Source: Chloroflexota bacterium (GTDB lineage: Bacteria; Chloroflexota; Limnocylindria; Limnocylindrales; CSP1-4). Taken from it: 64,000 nucleotides of DNA. Location: positions 23,457 to 87,456 of the forward strand of contig CAKKPP010000012.1 of NCBI GenBank assembly GCA_919901745.1, read 5' to 3'. This document shows, in pieces, positions 54,796 through 64,000 of the stretch; positions within the stretch are counted from its first letter, which is position 1; every line of letters begins with the position of its first letter. The translations under genes were made by a program, and so were the position numbers. The notes below the pieces were generated by a model, which worked only from the letters and a program-made list of their open reading frames with translations, made no database searches and had not been told where the DNA came from.

Positions 54796-54822
54796 CTGGC
54801 ACTCTCACATCGAGAGTGCTAA
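54796..54822 (+). promoter_or_regulatory. CIRCE operator (HrcA binding site)
   Basis: CTGGCACTC-N9-GAGTGCTAA versus consensus TTAGCACTC-N9-GAGTGCTAA, ~185 nt upstream of groES. Confidence 0.8.
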
Positions 54823-55006
54823 TGCGAGCGGGTCGGGTGATCCGCCCGGGCCGGAGCGTCGGCCCGGATGACCGGATCGCGGCCTTCGCGAGGCGCTCAA
54901 CACAGGGAGATCGTCGCCGTCGCCCGATCGGATGATCGAGGATCGGCTGAGCGATCGAACCACATGGATCGGCGGCCGCGAGCCGTCGCCAGAGGAGGAA
55001 CGCACG

Positions 55007-55321
55007 TTGGCAACTGCCACTGCATCGTCGACCAAGCTGCGCCCGTTGGGCGACCGCGTCGTCGTCAAGCCGACGGCCCGTGAAGAGATGACGAAGAGCG
55101 GGATCGTCCTGCCCGACACCGTCAAGGAGAAGCCCCAGGAGGGAACGGTCATCGCGGTCGGTCCCGGCCGGACCCTCGACGACGGGAAGCGCGAGGCGAT
55201 CGACGTGAAGGAGGGCCAGAAGGTCCTCTACGCGAAGTACGCCGGAACCGAGTTCAAGATCGACGACGAGGAGCTCCTCATCGTCAGCCAGAAGGACATC
55301 CTGGCGATCGTCGAGGACTGA
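55007..55321 (+). CDS. groES: co-chaperonin GroES
   Basis: TTG start with GAGGAGG 8 nt upstream. [13 protein letters not shown] ... the ORF is open upstream to 54932. Confidence 0.85.
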   Translation: MATATASSTKLRPLGDRVVVKPTAREEMTKSGIVLPDTVKEKPQEGTVIAVGPGRTLDDGKREAIDVKEGQKVLYAKYAGTEFKIDDEELLIVSQKDILAIVED

Positions 55322-55363
55322 CGTCCAGCGGCCCGGCGCAGTTCGCCCGACCGCCTCAGCTGA

Positions 55364-57019
<1,656 letters not shown>

Positions 57020-57040
57020 TCCGAAGTCACGCAGTCACTC

Positions 57041-57072
57041 GAACGCCCGGGCCGGCAACGGCTCGGGCGTTC
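57041..57072. terminator. bidirectional hairpin between groEL and the convergent cyclase-like gene
   Basis: GAACGCCCGGGCC-GGCAAC-GGCTCGGGCGTTC, 21 nt after the groEL stop. Confidence 0.5.
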
Positions 57073-57107
57073 GGATTCCGCGGACGCTGGCGCGTCCACC
57101 GGCTCGG

Positions 57108-57749
57108 TCAGGAGACGACGAGGTCGACGACCCGACCCTGGATCTTGCCCACGTCCGGGTACTCCTCGTGGTGCTCCAGGCCCGCGGCCGGAAGCCCGAG
57201 GCCGGCGGCGGCGACGTCGGTGAGGAAGAGGTAGGGACGAAAGCCGATCCGGGCATGCACGGTGTTCTTCAGAAGGCGGTGAGCGACGTTGACCGCAGGG
57301 CCGACCACGTCGCGATGTGATCCGACCGTCTGGGTCACGACGACGCCCCGATGCAGCACGGCCTTGAGGTCCAGGTTGGAGACGACCGGGCAGGCCGTGC
57401 AGACGTGGTCCCGCGCGCTCCGAGCCTCGAATCGCCGCTCGACGAACGCCCGATACATGCCCTGGAGTGCCCGGACCACCGCCTCGCCCCGTCCATCGAG
57501 GGCGTCCGCGTTCGCGATGGCGAAGACGGCGTCGCCCTCCAGCTTGGCGACCTCGAACTCCGGCTGAACGCCCTCGATGACCGCGTTCAGGAGCTCTCCG
57601 AGCACGGTGTAGCCGGCCGGGATGCCGCCGCTGAAGTCGACGCCGTGCGCCTCTTCGACACCGGCCAGGAACGACGTATAGCCGGAGATGTCGGCCAGCA
57701 GGAGGTATCGCTGGCCGGAGGTCGAATTCGATTGCGACAACGCATTCAC
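57108..57749 (-). CDS. class-III nucleotidyl cyclase-fold protein (DUF2652-like), function unknown
   Basis: GTG at 57749. LLLADISGYTSF ... LEGDAVFAIA ... HRGVVV ... GPAVNVAHRL follows the adenylate/guanylate cyclase catalytic-domain pattern. The overlapping 57016-57891 ORF is rejected as a frame artefact. Confidence 0.45.
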   Translation of the reverse strand: MNALSQSNSTSGQRYLLLADISGYTSFLAGVEEAHGVDFSGGIPAGYTVLGELLNAVIEGVQPEFEVAKLEGDAVFAIANADALDGRGEAVVRALQGMYRAFVERRFEARSARDHVCTACPVVSNLDLKAVLHRGVVVTQTVGSHRDVVGPAVNVAHRLLKNTVHARIGFRPYLFLTDVAAAGLGLPAAGLEHHEEYPDVGKIQGRVVDLVVS

Positions 57750-57818
57750 GTGGGTCCGATGGTACTCGCCTCGTCCGGAACGGTTGACACCCGGCGACCG
57801 AACCCCGAGCCTTCGCTC

Positions 57819-58676
57819 GTGGGTCGAATTCGGGGTGCCTCGCTGACTGCCGCGATCGTGACGCTGGCCATGGTCGCCGGCGCCTGTGCATCGAAGCCCG
57901 ACCTCACCGATCCGCGCGAGATCCTCGACGGTGCCGTTGCCCAACTGGACGCCGCGAAGACCGTTCGGCTGCAGCTCGATGTGTCGGGGGCAATCGCCCT
58001 GGACCTGCTCGGGACGGGGTCCGCCCGCCCGATGCTCCTCGAAGGCACGACGCTGACCGCGGATCTCGACATCTCAGGCGGCAAGGCGAAGGTGACGTTC
58101 GCGGCCCCGGCGCTCCTGGGGTTGACCGGCGAACTCCTCGCCCCGGGTGGGCGTGCCTACCTCAAGATGAGCCTGACCGGACCGAAGTACGTGCCCCTCG
58201 ATTCCGGCGGCGCGCCGAGTCCGGACGCATCCCCGGGCCCCCTGTCACTCGCCGGGCTGACGAACCTTCTGAACGATCCGTCGGTGACGGCGACGAAGGT
58301 CGACGATGTCGACTGCGCCGGCGGGCGCTGCTACCGGATCCGGATCGAGGTCGACCCCTCCGCGATCGATCTCGGCCTGCCGGATCTCGGGGCGCTGTCG
58401 GGGCTGCTCGGACTGCCGGGCGCGGCATCGCCGGGACCCGACAGCGGGTCCGGGTCGTTGGACGGGCCCATCGTCATCTTCGCCAACGTCGCGAAGGACA
58501 CCCTTCGGCCGGTCACGCTGGAGTCGGACGTCGTGCTCGGCGAGTCGGCGACGCTCGAGCTGCTGCTCACGCTGTCGGCGTGGGGGGAATCGATCACGGT
58601 CGAGGCGCCACCGGCGGACCAGGTCGGTGAGCCGGGCGATCTGCCGTTCCCGTTCGGTCTCCCGTCCGTTCCGTAG
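57819..58676 (+). CDS. LolA-like / LppX-LprAFG-family lipoprotein (putative)
   Basis: GTG at 57819 gives signal peptide and lipobox RIRGASLTAAIVTLAMVAGAC. The body resembles lipid-binding LprG-type lipoproteins. Confidence 0.5.
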   Translation: MGRIRGASLTAAIVTLAMVAGACASKPDLTDPREILDGAVAQLDAAKTVRLQLDVSGAIALDLLGTGSARPMLLEGTTLTADLDISGGKAKVTFAAPALLGLTGELLAPGGRAYLKMSLTGPKYVPLDSGGAPSPDASPGPLSLAGLTNLLNDPSVTATKVDDVDCAGGRCYRIRIEVDPSAIDLGLPDLGALSGLLGLPGAASPGPDSGSGSLDGPIVIFANVAKDTLRPVTLESDVVLGESATLELLLTLSAWGESITVEAPPADQVGEPGDLPFPFGLPSVP

Positions 58677-58722
58677 CCGCCTCGCCGAGGGATCGCCGAA
58701 GGTCGCGTCGAGCGCCCCGACC

Positions 58723-58728
58723 TACAAT
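58723..58728 (+). promoter_or_regulatory. -10 box TACAAT positioned for a leaderless pcrA transcript
   Basis: TACAAT ends 6 nt before the GTG at 58735. There is no RBS. Confidence 0.3.
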
Positions 58729-58734
58729 GGGCAC

Positions 58735-61476
58735 GTGAGTCCCACCACCCCCCGCGGCGGTCGCCGCGGCACGCCGCTCGGCACCCCGGAGCCGATCGGC
58801 ACGCACCTCGACGACCTGCCTGAGGTGTCGGGCGCGCCGCTCGAACCGGACTGGTTGCGCGACGCCGCAGCGGATCCGGCGGACGCGGCCGCTCCGCTGG
58901 ATCCCGCCGCAATCAAGGCCGCGGAGATCGCCCACCGTGCAGCGGCCGCCCGACGCGCCGAGGAGATCGTCGCCAGCCTGAACCCGGAGCAGGCGCGCGC
59001 GGTGACGACGACCGACGGGCCGCTCCTGATCCTGGCCGGTGCCGGGAGTGGCAAGACGCGGGTGCTCGCGCACCGGATCGCGCACCTCATCGGCGTCCAG
59101 GGCGTTGCGCCGTGGAAGATCCTCGCCGTCACCTTCACCAACCGGTCGGCACGCGAGCTTCGAGAGCGGATCATCACGCTGGTCGGCGAACGCGGTCGCG
59201 AGGTCGAGGCCGGCACGTTCCATGCGCTCTGCGCCCGCCTGCTTCGACGCGAAGGTGAGGCGATCGGCATCGATCGCCGGTACGTCATCTACGACACCGA
59301 CGACCAGCAGGCCCTGATGAAGCAGCTCCTGCGCGACGAGGACCTGCCGGCGACCGGCGAGTTTCGCCCATCGGCGGTCCTGGGCGCCATCAGTCGGGCG
59401 AAGAACGAGATGCTCGACGCGACGTTTCTCGCGGACAACGCGATCGATCGTCACCAGCGTGTCGTCGCGACCCTCGCGCGGCGCTACCAGGCGCGGCTGC
59501 GCGAGGTCGGCGCGCTCGACTTCGACGACCTGCTGCTCGAGGCGGTCCGCCTCTTCGACGAGGCACCGGCCGTTCTGGAGCGGTACCAGGCCCGCTGGCG
59601 CTACCTCCACGTCGACGAGTACCAGGACACGAACCGGGCGCAGTACCTGTGGGTCAAGGCGCTCGCTGCCGCGCATCGCAACCTGTGCGTGGTCGGTGAC
59701 GACGACCAGTCCATCTACTCCTGGCGCGGCGCGGACCTTCGGAACATCCTTGATTTCGAACGCGATTGGCCGGATGCCACGGTCGTCAAGCTCGAACAGA
59801 ACTATCGCTCGACGCAGTTGATCCTCGACGCGGCCCATGCGGTCGTGTCGCGCAATGCCGGGCGCACGGACAAGAAGCTGTGGACCGCCACCGCCGGCGG
59901 CGCTCCCATCCAGCGGTTCGAGGCCTACAACGAGGAGGAGGAGGCCGAGTGGATCGCGCGCCAGGCCGAGGGCCTGATCGGCGGGCGGGGATCGGTCCTG
60001 ACCCGGCGCGCCGACGACGACACGGCGTCCACGCGCGCCCAGGACATCGCCGTGATGTACCGGATGAACGCCCAGTCGCGCGCGATCGAAGAATCCTTCC
60101 TGCGCTACGGCCTGCGCTACCAGCTGGTGGGCGGCACGCGGTTCTACTCGCGGCGCGAAGTCAAGGACGCCCTGGCGTACCTGCGGGTGATCCGCTCGGA
60201 CGTGGATGTCGTCAGCTTCGAGCGGATCATCAACGTCCCGTCGCGCTCGATCGGCGAGCGAACACTGGAGAGCCTCCGCGAGGTGGCGGCGCGAGATGGT
60301 TTCTCGACATGGACGGCCATCGAACGCGCCGCGGCGGGCGACGTGCCGGCCATCGCCGCCCGTGCTCGCGCCGCGCTGGCCGACTTTGCCACCCTGGTGC
60401 GCCGGTTGCGTTCCCTGATCGGGGAGTTGGCCCTGCCGGAGCTCCTCGACGCCGTGCTCGAGCGCACGGGCTACCGGGCGATGCTGGCCGACGGCAGCGA
60501 GGACGGCGAGGAGCGTTGGGCAAACCTCCTCGAGCTGCGCCAGGTCACGACGCGCTACGACGACCTGTCGCCCGAGGACGCGCTGGACCGGCTGCTCGAG
60601 GAAACGGCCCTGGTGGCCGATCAGGACAGCTACGAGGGGTCCGCCGACGCCGTGACCCTGATCACCCTCCATGCCGCCAAGGGGCTCGAATTCCCGGTCG
60701 TGTTCATTGCCGGGCTCGAGGAGGGCCTCCTGCCGCACAGCCGTGCCCTCGACGATGAGAAAGAGCTGGAAGAGGAGCGGCGGCTCGCCTACGTCGGGAT
60801 CACCCGCGCCAAGCGCCGGCTGTACCTGTCGCATGCGTGGCGGCGGGCGACCTGGGGGATGGGCCAGGCGTCCGTGCCGTCCCGGTTCCTCCTGGAGATC
60901 CCGGCCGAGCTCATGGTCGGCCCGCAGCTCGGTGCTGACCCTGACGGGGCCGGGGAGGGTCCGCTGGATCTCGATCTCGTCTTCGGAGCCCGCCGCACGA
61001 GCCGATTTGGACGACCCGGGCGCGCCGGTGGGGCCTTCCGAGAGGGCAGCGGCACGCCCGGGGCACCTCGGAACGGGACAGCGTTCCGACCGGCGCGCGA
61101 CCTTGCCGCGCGCCGATCCGCGTTTGCCGGGGGGGCACGATCCGGCTCGCCCGGAGGGGACGTCGAACCTTGGGACGGAGCCGCTGGCGATGGGGAATCG
61201 GCCGCGGGCGATCATCTCGACGCGGACGGCGAGGACCATGCGGGCACGATGCGGGGCCGAACCGCCCGCCCGGCGCCCGCGAAGCGCCCCATCGTTCCCG
61301 GTGAGCGCCGATTCCGCGATGGCGACCGCGTGCGCCACGCCCGCTGGGGGGATGGGATCGTCGTGACCTCCAAGCTCACTCGCACCGACGAGGAGGTCGT
61401 TGTCGCATTCCGCGATCCACAGGTCGGGCGCAAGACGATGCTGGCCAGCCTGGCGAATCTCGACACGGTCGGCTGA
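58735..61476 (+). CDS. pcrA: ATP-dependent DNA helicase PcrA/UvrD
   Basis: LNPEQARAV ... ILAGAGSGKTRVL (Walker A) ... full SF1 motifs ... C-terminal extension. The start is uncertain (GTG at 58735 or GTG at 58825). Confidence 0.85.
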   Translation: MSPTTPRGGRRGTPLGTPEPIGTHLDDLPEVSGAPLEPDWLRDAAADPADAAAPLDPAAIKAAEIAHRAAAARRAEEIVASLNPEQARAVTTTDGPLLILAGAGSGKTRVLAHRIAHLIGVQGVAPWKILAVTFTNRSARELRERIITLVGERGREVEAGTFHALCARLLRREGEAIGIDRRYVIYDTDDQQALMKQLLRDEDLPATGEFRPSAVLGAISRAKNEMLDATFLADNAIDRHQRVVATLARRYQARLREVGALDFDDLLLEAVRLFDEAPAVLERYQARWRYLHVDEYQDTNRAQYLWVKALAAAHRNLCVVGDDDQSIYSWRGADLRNILDFERDWPDATVVKLEQNYRSTQLILDAAHAVVSRNAGRTDKKLWTATAGGAPIQRFEAYNEEEEAEWIARQAEGLIGGRGSVLTRRADDDTASTRAQDIAVMYRMNAQSRAIEESFLRYGLRYQLVGGTRFYSRREVKDALAYLRVIRSDVDVVSFERIINVPSRSIGERTLESLREVAARDGFSTWTAIERAAAGDVPAIAARARAALADFATLVRRLRSLIGELALPELLDAVLERTGYRAMLADGSEDGEERWANLLELRQVTTRYDDLSPEDALDRLLEETALVADQDSYEGSADAVTLITLHAAKGLEFPVVFIAGLEEGLLPHSRALDDEKELEEERRLAYVGITRAKRRLYLSHAWRRATWGMGQASVPSRFLLEIPAELMVGPQLGADPDGAGEGPLDLDLVFGARRTSRFGRPGRAGGAFREGSGTPGAPRNGTAFRPARDLAARRSAFAGGARSGSPGGDVEPWDGAAGDGESAAGDHLDADGEDHAGTMRGRTARPAPAKRPIVPGERRFRDGDRVRHARWGDGIVVTSKLTRTDEEVVVAFRDPQVGRKTMLASLANLDTVG

Positions 61477-61691
61477 TCGCTCGGTCACGCGGCGGACGTT
61501 CGGTCACACGCGCCGCGCCGTGGCGCAACCGTCGGATCCAGCGACGCCGATGAGAATGGCAGGAAAACTCTGTCTCGCGGTCCGTGGGTCGCGTTCGATT
61601 GCGGCTCAGCTCAGCCTTGCGTCGGTGTTTCCCATGCGTCAAACTGCGGTCAGTCCGACCGGAGCATTGCTTGGAGGAGGCCGAGGTGGCG

Positions 61692-63086
61692 ATGACCGAC
61701 CTGGAGGCGTTCGTCAACCAGGACGGGCGCGACGCAGCCATCCGCGACGTCCGTCGCCAGATCGACAAGGCCGGCGTCGAGTACATGTACTTCCAGTTCG
61801 TCTCGGTCACGGGGCGGATCATGGGCAAGGGAGTCCCGTCGGCGCACTGGGAGCGGATCGCGGCGAGCGGATTCCAGCTCGTGTACGGCTCGACGGCCAA
61901 TCTCTTCACCGACCGCAAGGGCAACTACATCGGCTACGGCCCGGAAGCGCGCGAGCTCGTCGGGATGCCGGAGCCGGACACGTTCTGCGTCCTGCCCTGG
62001 GACACCAGGACGGCGCGGGTGTTCTGCACGCTCTTCCGCGGCCGTGAGGAGGAAGTGGATGGCGGCGCGTACCTGACGTCCGATGCGCGCGGCAACCTCA
62101 AGCGGATCCACACGGCCTTCGAGGAGGCCACCGGCTACCACATGCGGATCGGCTGCGAGCCCGAGATGATGTGGCTCAAGGTCGATTCGTCCGGGAAGCC
62201 CACGGTCGAGGGGATGACCAAGCCGTACTGCTATCACATCGACCAGTTCTCGGAGCTCCAGCCGCTCATTCACAAGGTCATGGAGTACGGCAAGGCGATG
62301 GGCCTGGACATGATCCAGGGCGACCATGAGGATGCGCCGGGCCAGCTCGAGCTGAACTTCATGTTCGACCGGGCCGAGCTGACCGCCGACCGGCTCACGA
62401 CCTACCGCCAGATCTGCCGACAGGTCGGGCGCGAGATGGGCGCGTTCGCGTGCTTCATGCCCAAGCCGTTCATGGGCGTCTCGGCCAACGGCTGCCACCA
62501 CAACTTCTCGCTGTGGCGCGGCGAGGACAACCTGTTCATGCCGGAAGGCGACGATCCGCAGATGCCCGGCATCGTCGGTCTGCATGCGGCCGGCGGGGTG
62601 CTCGAGCACATGCGGGCCCTCACCGCGATCACCGCCCCGACCGTGAACTCGTATCGCCGCTTCTGGGACATGGGCTTCTGGGCGCCCGTCTTCGCCGACT
62701 GGGGCTTCCAGAACCGGACCACGGCGCTCCGCGTGAGCGCCCCGGGACGATTCGAGTACCGCTCGGTCGACTCGGCCGTCAACCCGTACCTCTCGTTCGC
62801 CGCACTGCTGGCGGCCATGCGCGACGGGCTGGACCGAAAGCTCGATCCTGGCGAGCCCGAGGAGCGCAACATCTACGACGCGATCGCCGGCGGCAAGCAG
62901 GTAACGAAGATCCCGTTCAGCCTCGGGGAGGCGCTCGAGGCCCTGGATCGCGACGAGGTCGTCAAGTCGGCGCTCCCCGGCGACATGTATCGCGTCTTCA
63001 TGCACTACAAGCGCGACGAGTGGGAGCGCTTCCTGTCGACCGTGACCGAGTGGGATATCGAGACGTACCTCGACATCCTGCCCTGA
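61692..63086 (+). CDS. glutamine synthetase-family gamma-glutamyl-amine ligase (GmaS/GlnA-like)
   Basis: ATG at 61692 with GGAGGAGG upstream. 465-aa protein with a GS catalytic domain (CEPEMMW ... NGCHHNFSLW ... SYRRFWD ... NRTTALR). Confidence 0.8.
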   Translation: MTDLEAFVNQDGRDAAIRDVRRQIDKAGVEYMYFQFVSVTGRIMGKGVPSAHWERIAASGFQLVYGSTANLFTDRKGNYIGYGPEARELVGMPEPDTFCVLPWDTRTARVFCTLFRGREEEVDGGAYLTSDARGNLKRIHTAFEEATGYHMRIGCEPEMMWLKVDSSGKPTVEGMTKPYCYHIDQFSELQPLIHKVMEYGKAMGLDMIQGDHEDAPGQLELNFMFDRAELTADRLTTYRQICRQVGREMGAFACFMPKPFMGVSANGCHHNFSLWRGEDNLFMPEGDDPQMPGIVGLHAAGGVLEHMRALTAITAPTVNSYRRFWDMGFWAPVFADWGFQNRTTALRVSAPGRFEYRSVDSAVNPYLSFAALLAAMRDGLDRKLDPGEPEERNIYDAIAGGKQVTKIPFSLGEALEALDRDEVVKSALPGDMYRVFMHYKRDEWERFLSTVTEWDIETYLDILP

Positions 63087-63114
63087 CGATCGACCCAACT
63101 GGAGGACGGCCAGC

Positions 63115-64000
63115 GTGTGTGGCATCGCCGGGATCATTCATCGCAACCAGACGTCCGACGTCGGCACCGAGATGACGGCAATGCTCCAGTCCATGAAGCA
63201 TCGTGGCCCGGATTCGACGGGCTACGCGCTCTTCGGCGAGCCGACCGGACGAACCCTGATCCGGTTCAAGCTGGCCGACGCGAACGATCCCCGCGACTTC
63301 GACTTTCGGGCGCGCCTCCAGCGGAACCGCGCGCGCGTCGAGGCGCGCCTGCGGGAGATCGGTGCGTCGATCGATCGCATCGACGCCGAGACCGAGTACG
63401 CGTTTCGCGCCGTGGTGCGCTACAACGGCGACCTCAAGACCCTCGCCGACTATCTCGAGGACATCCCCGGCTGCGAGGTCCTGTCCCTGGGCACGTCACT
63501 CGAGATTGTCAAGGATCTGGGAGACGCCAACGAAGTCGCGAGCCAGTACGAGCTGCGCGGCTTCCAGGGAACCCACGCGATCGGGCACGTCCGGATGGCC
63601 ACGGAATCTGATGTCGACATCTCGGGCGCCCACCCCTACTGGGCCTACCCGTTTGCCGATGTCGCGGTGGTTCACAACGGACAACTGACGAACTACTTCC
63701 AATGGCGCCGTCGCCTCGAGCGTTCCGGGCATCGCTTCCAGTCCGAGTGCGACTCGGAGATCATCGCGGTCTACCTGGCCGAGAAGATGGCCAATGGGTC
63801 CGGCCTCAAGGACGCGATGGAGGAGAGCCTCGACGAGCTCGATGGCGTCTTCACCTACATGGCGGTCACCAAGGACTCGCTCGGGGTGGCCAAGGACGAG
63901 ATGGCGGCCAAGCCGCTCGTCCTCTACGAATCGGACGACATGGTCGTGATGGCCTCCGAGGAGATCGCGATCCGGGCGGTCCTCGACCGTGAGATCGATA
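63115..64000 (+). CDS. class-II glutamine amidotransferase, GlxB/MgsA-like (partial, runs off window)
   Basis: GTG then Cys: VCGIAGIIHRNQ (Ntn Cys1). GGAGG RBS 9 nt upstream. No stop before 64000. Confidence 0.75.
   Translation, partial: MCGIAGIIHRNQTSDVGTEMTAMLQSMKHRGPDSTGYALFGEPTGRTLIRFKLADANDPRDFDFRARLQRNRARVEARLREIGASIDRIDAETEYAFRAVVRYNGDLKTLADYLEDIPGCEVLSLGTSLEIVKDLGDANEVASQYELRGFQGTHAIGHVRMATESDVDISGAHPYWAYPFADVAVVHNGQLTNYFQWRRRLERSGHRFQSECDSEIIAVYLAEKMANGSGLKDAMEESLDELDGVFTYMAVTKDSLGVAKDEMAAKPLVLYESDDMVVMASEEIAIRAVLDREID

Noticed and set aside
61400-61700. Possible sigma54 (-24 GG / -12 GC) promoter upstream of the GS-like gene
   Set aside because: TGGCGC occurs at ~61521, but no TTGC lies at the correct spacing, so no convincing -24/-12 element is present.

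Overview
This is a 64-kb, very high-GC (about 70%) chromosomal window made up almost entirely of conserved housekeeping operons. I saw no transposases, integrases, CRISPR arrays, or other signatures of an accessory or defence island. In order, the window contains: (1) the tail of the dcw cell-division cluster, ddl-ftsQ-sbp(DUF1290)-ftsA-ftsZ, followed by yggS-yggT-DUF167 and a tRNA-Val(CAC); (2) aconitase A on the minus strand, divergent from a DUF2520 Rossmann protein; (3) a candidate glycine riboswitch followed by a NUDIX-gcvT-gcvH-gcvPA-gcvPB operon; (4) an ECF sigma factor and a membrane ZAS-type anti-sigma factor heading an oppABCDF-type peptide ABC importer, then a translationally coupled orphan lipoprotein, then a second, convergent oppABCDF paralog on the minus strand; (5) a split nitrilase-like C-N hydrolase plus NadE, then rsmI; (6) on the minus strand, a tail-less SsbB-like SSB, an LCP (LytR-Cps2A-Psr) protein with a Pro/Ala-rich repeat tail, and a GGDEF/HD-GYP protein; (7) a 13-kb translationally coupled purine super-operon, purA-purD-purB-purC-purS-purQ-purL-purF-purM-purNH, with purN and purH fused into one ORF; (8) metG-tatD-lipoprotein; (9) a sigma70 promoter and CIRCE operator ahead of groES-groEL; (10) a convergent nucleotidyl-cyclase-like gene, an LprG/LolA-like lipoprotein and an apparently leaderless pcrA/uvrD helicase; (11) a glutamine-synthetase-like gamma-glutamyl-amine ligase followed by a GlxB-like class-II amidotransferase, cut off by the window end. 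Many adjacent genes overlap by ATGA/GTGA stop-start. Start coordinates were refined by hand from the six-frame track using signal peptides, RBSs and family N-termini, and several remain uncertain. Because the window is ordinary, I did not find one clearly undescribed system. The most unusual items are the purN-purH fusion, the split glutamine-dependent NAD synthetase, a MetRS with a non-canonical HIGH motif, the paired opp loci under ECF/ZAS control, and the GS-like/GlxB amine-assimilation module.
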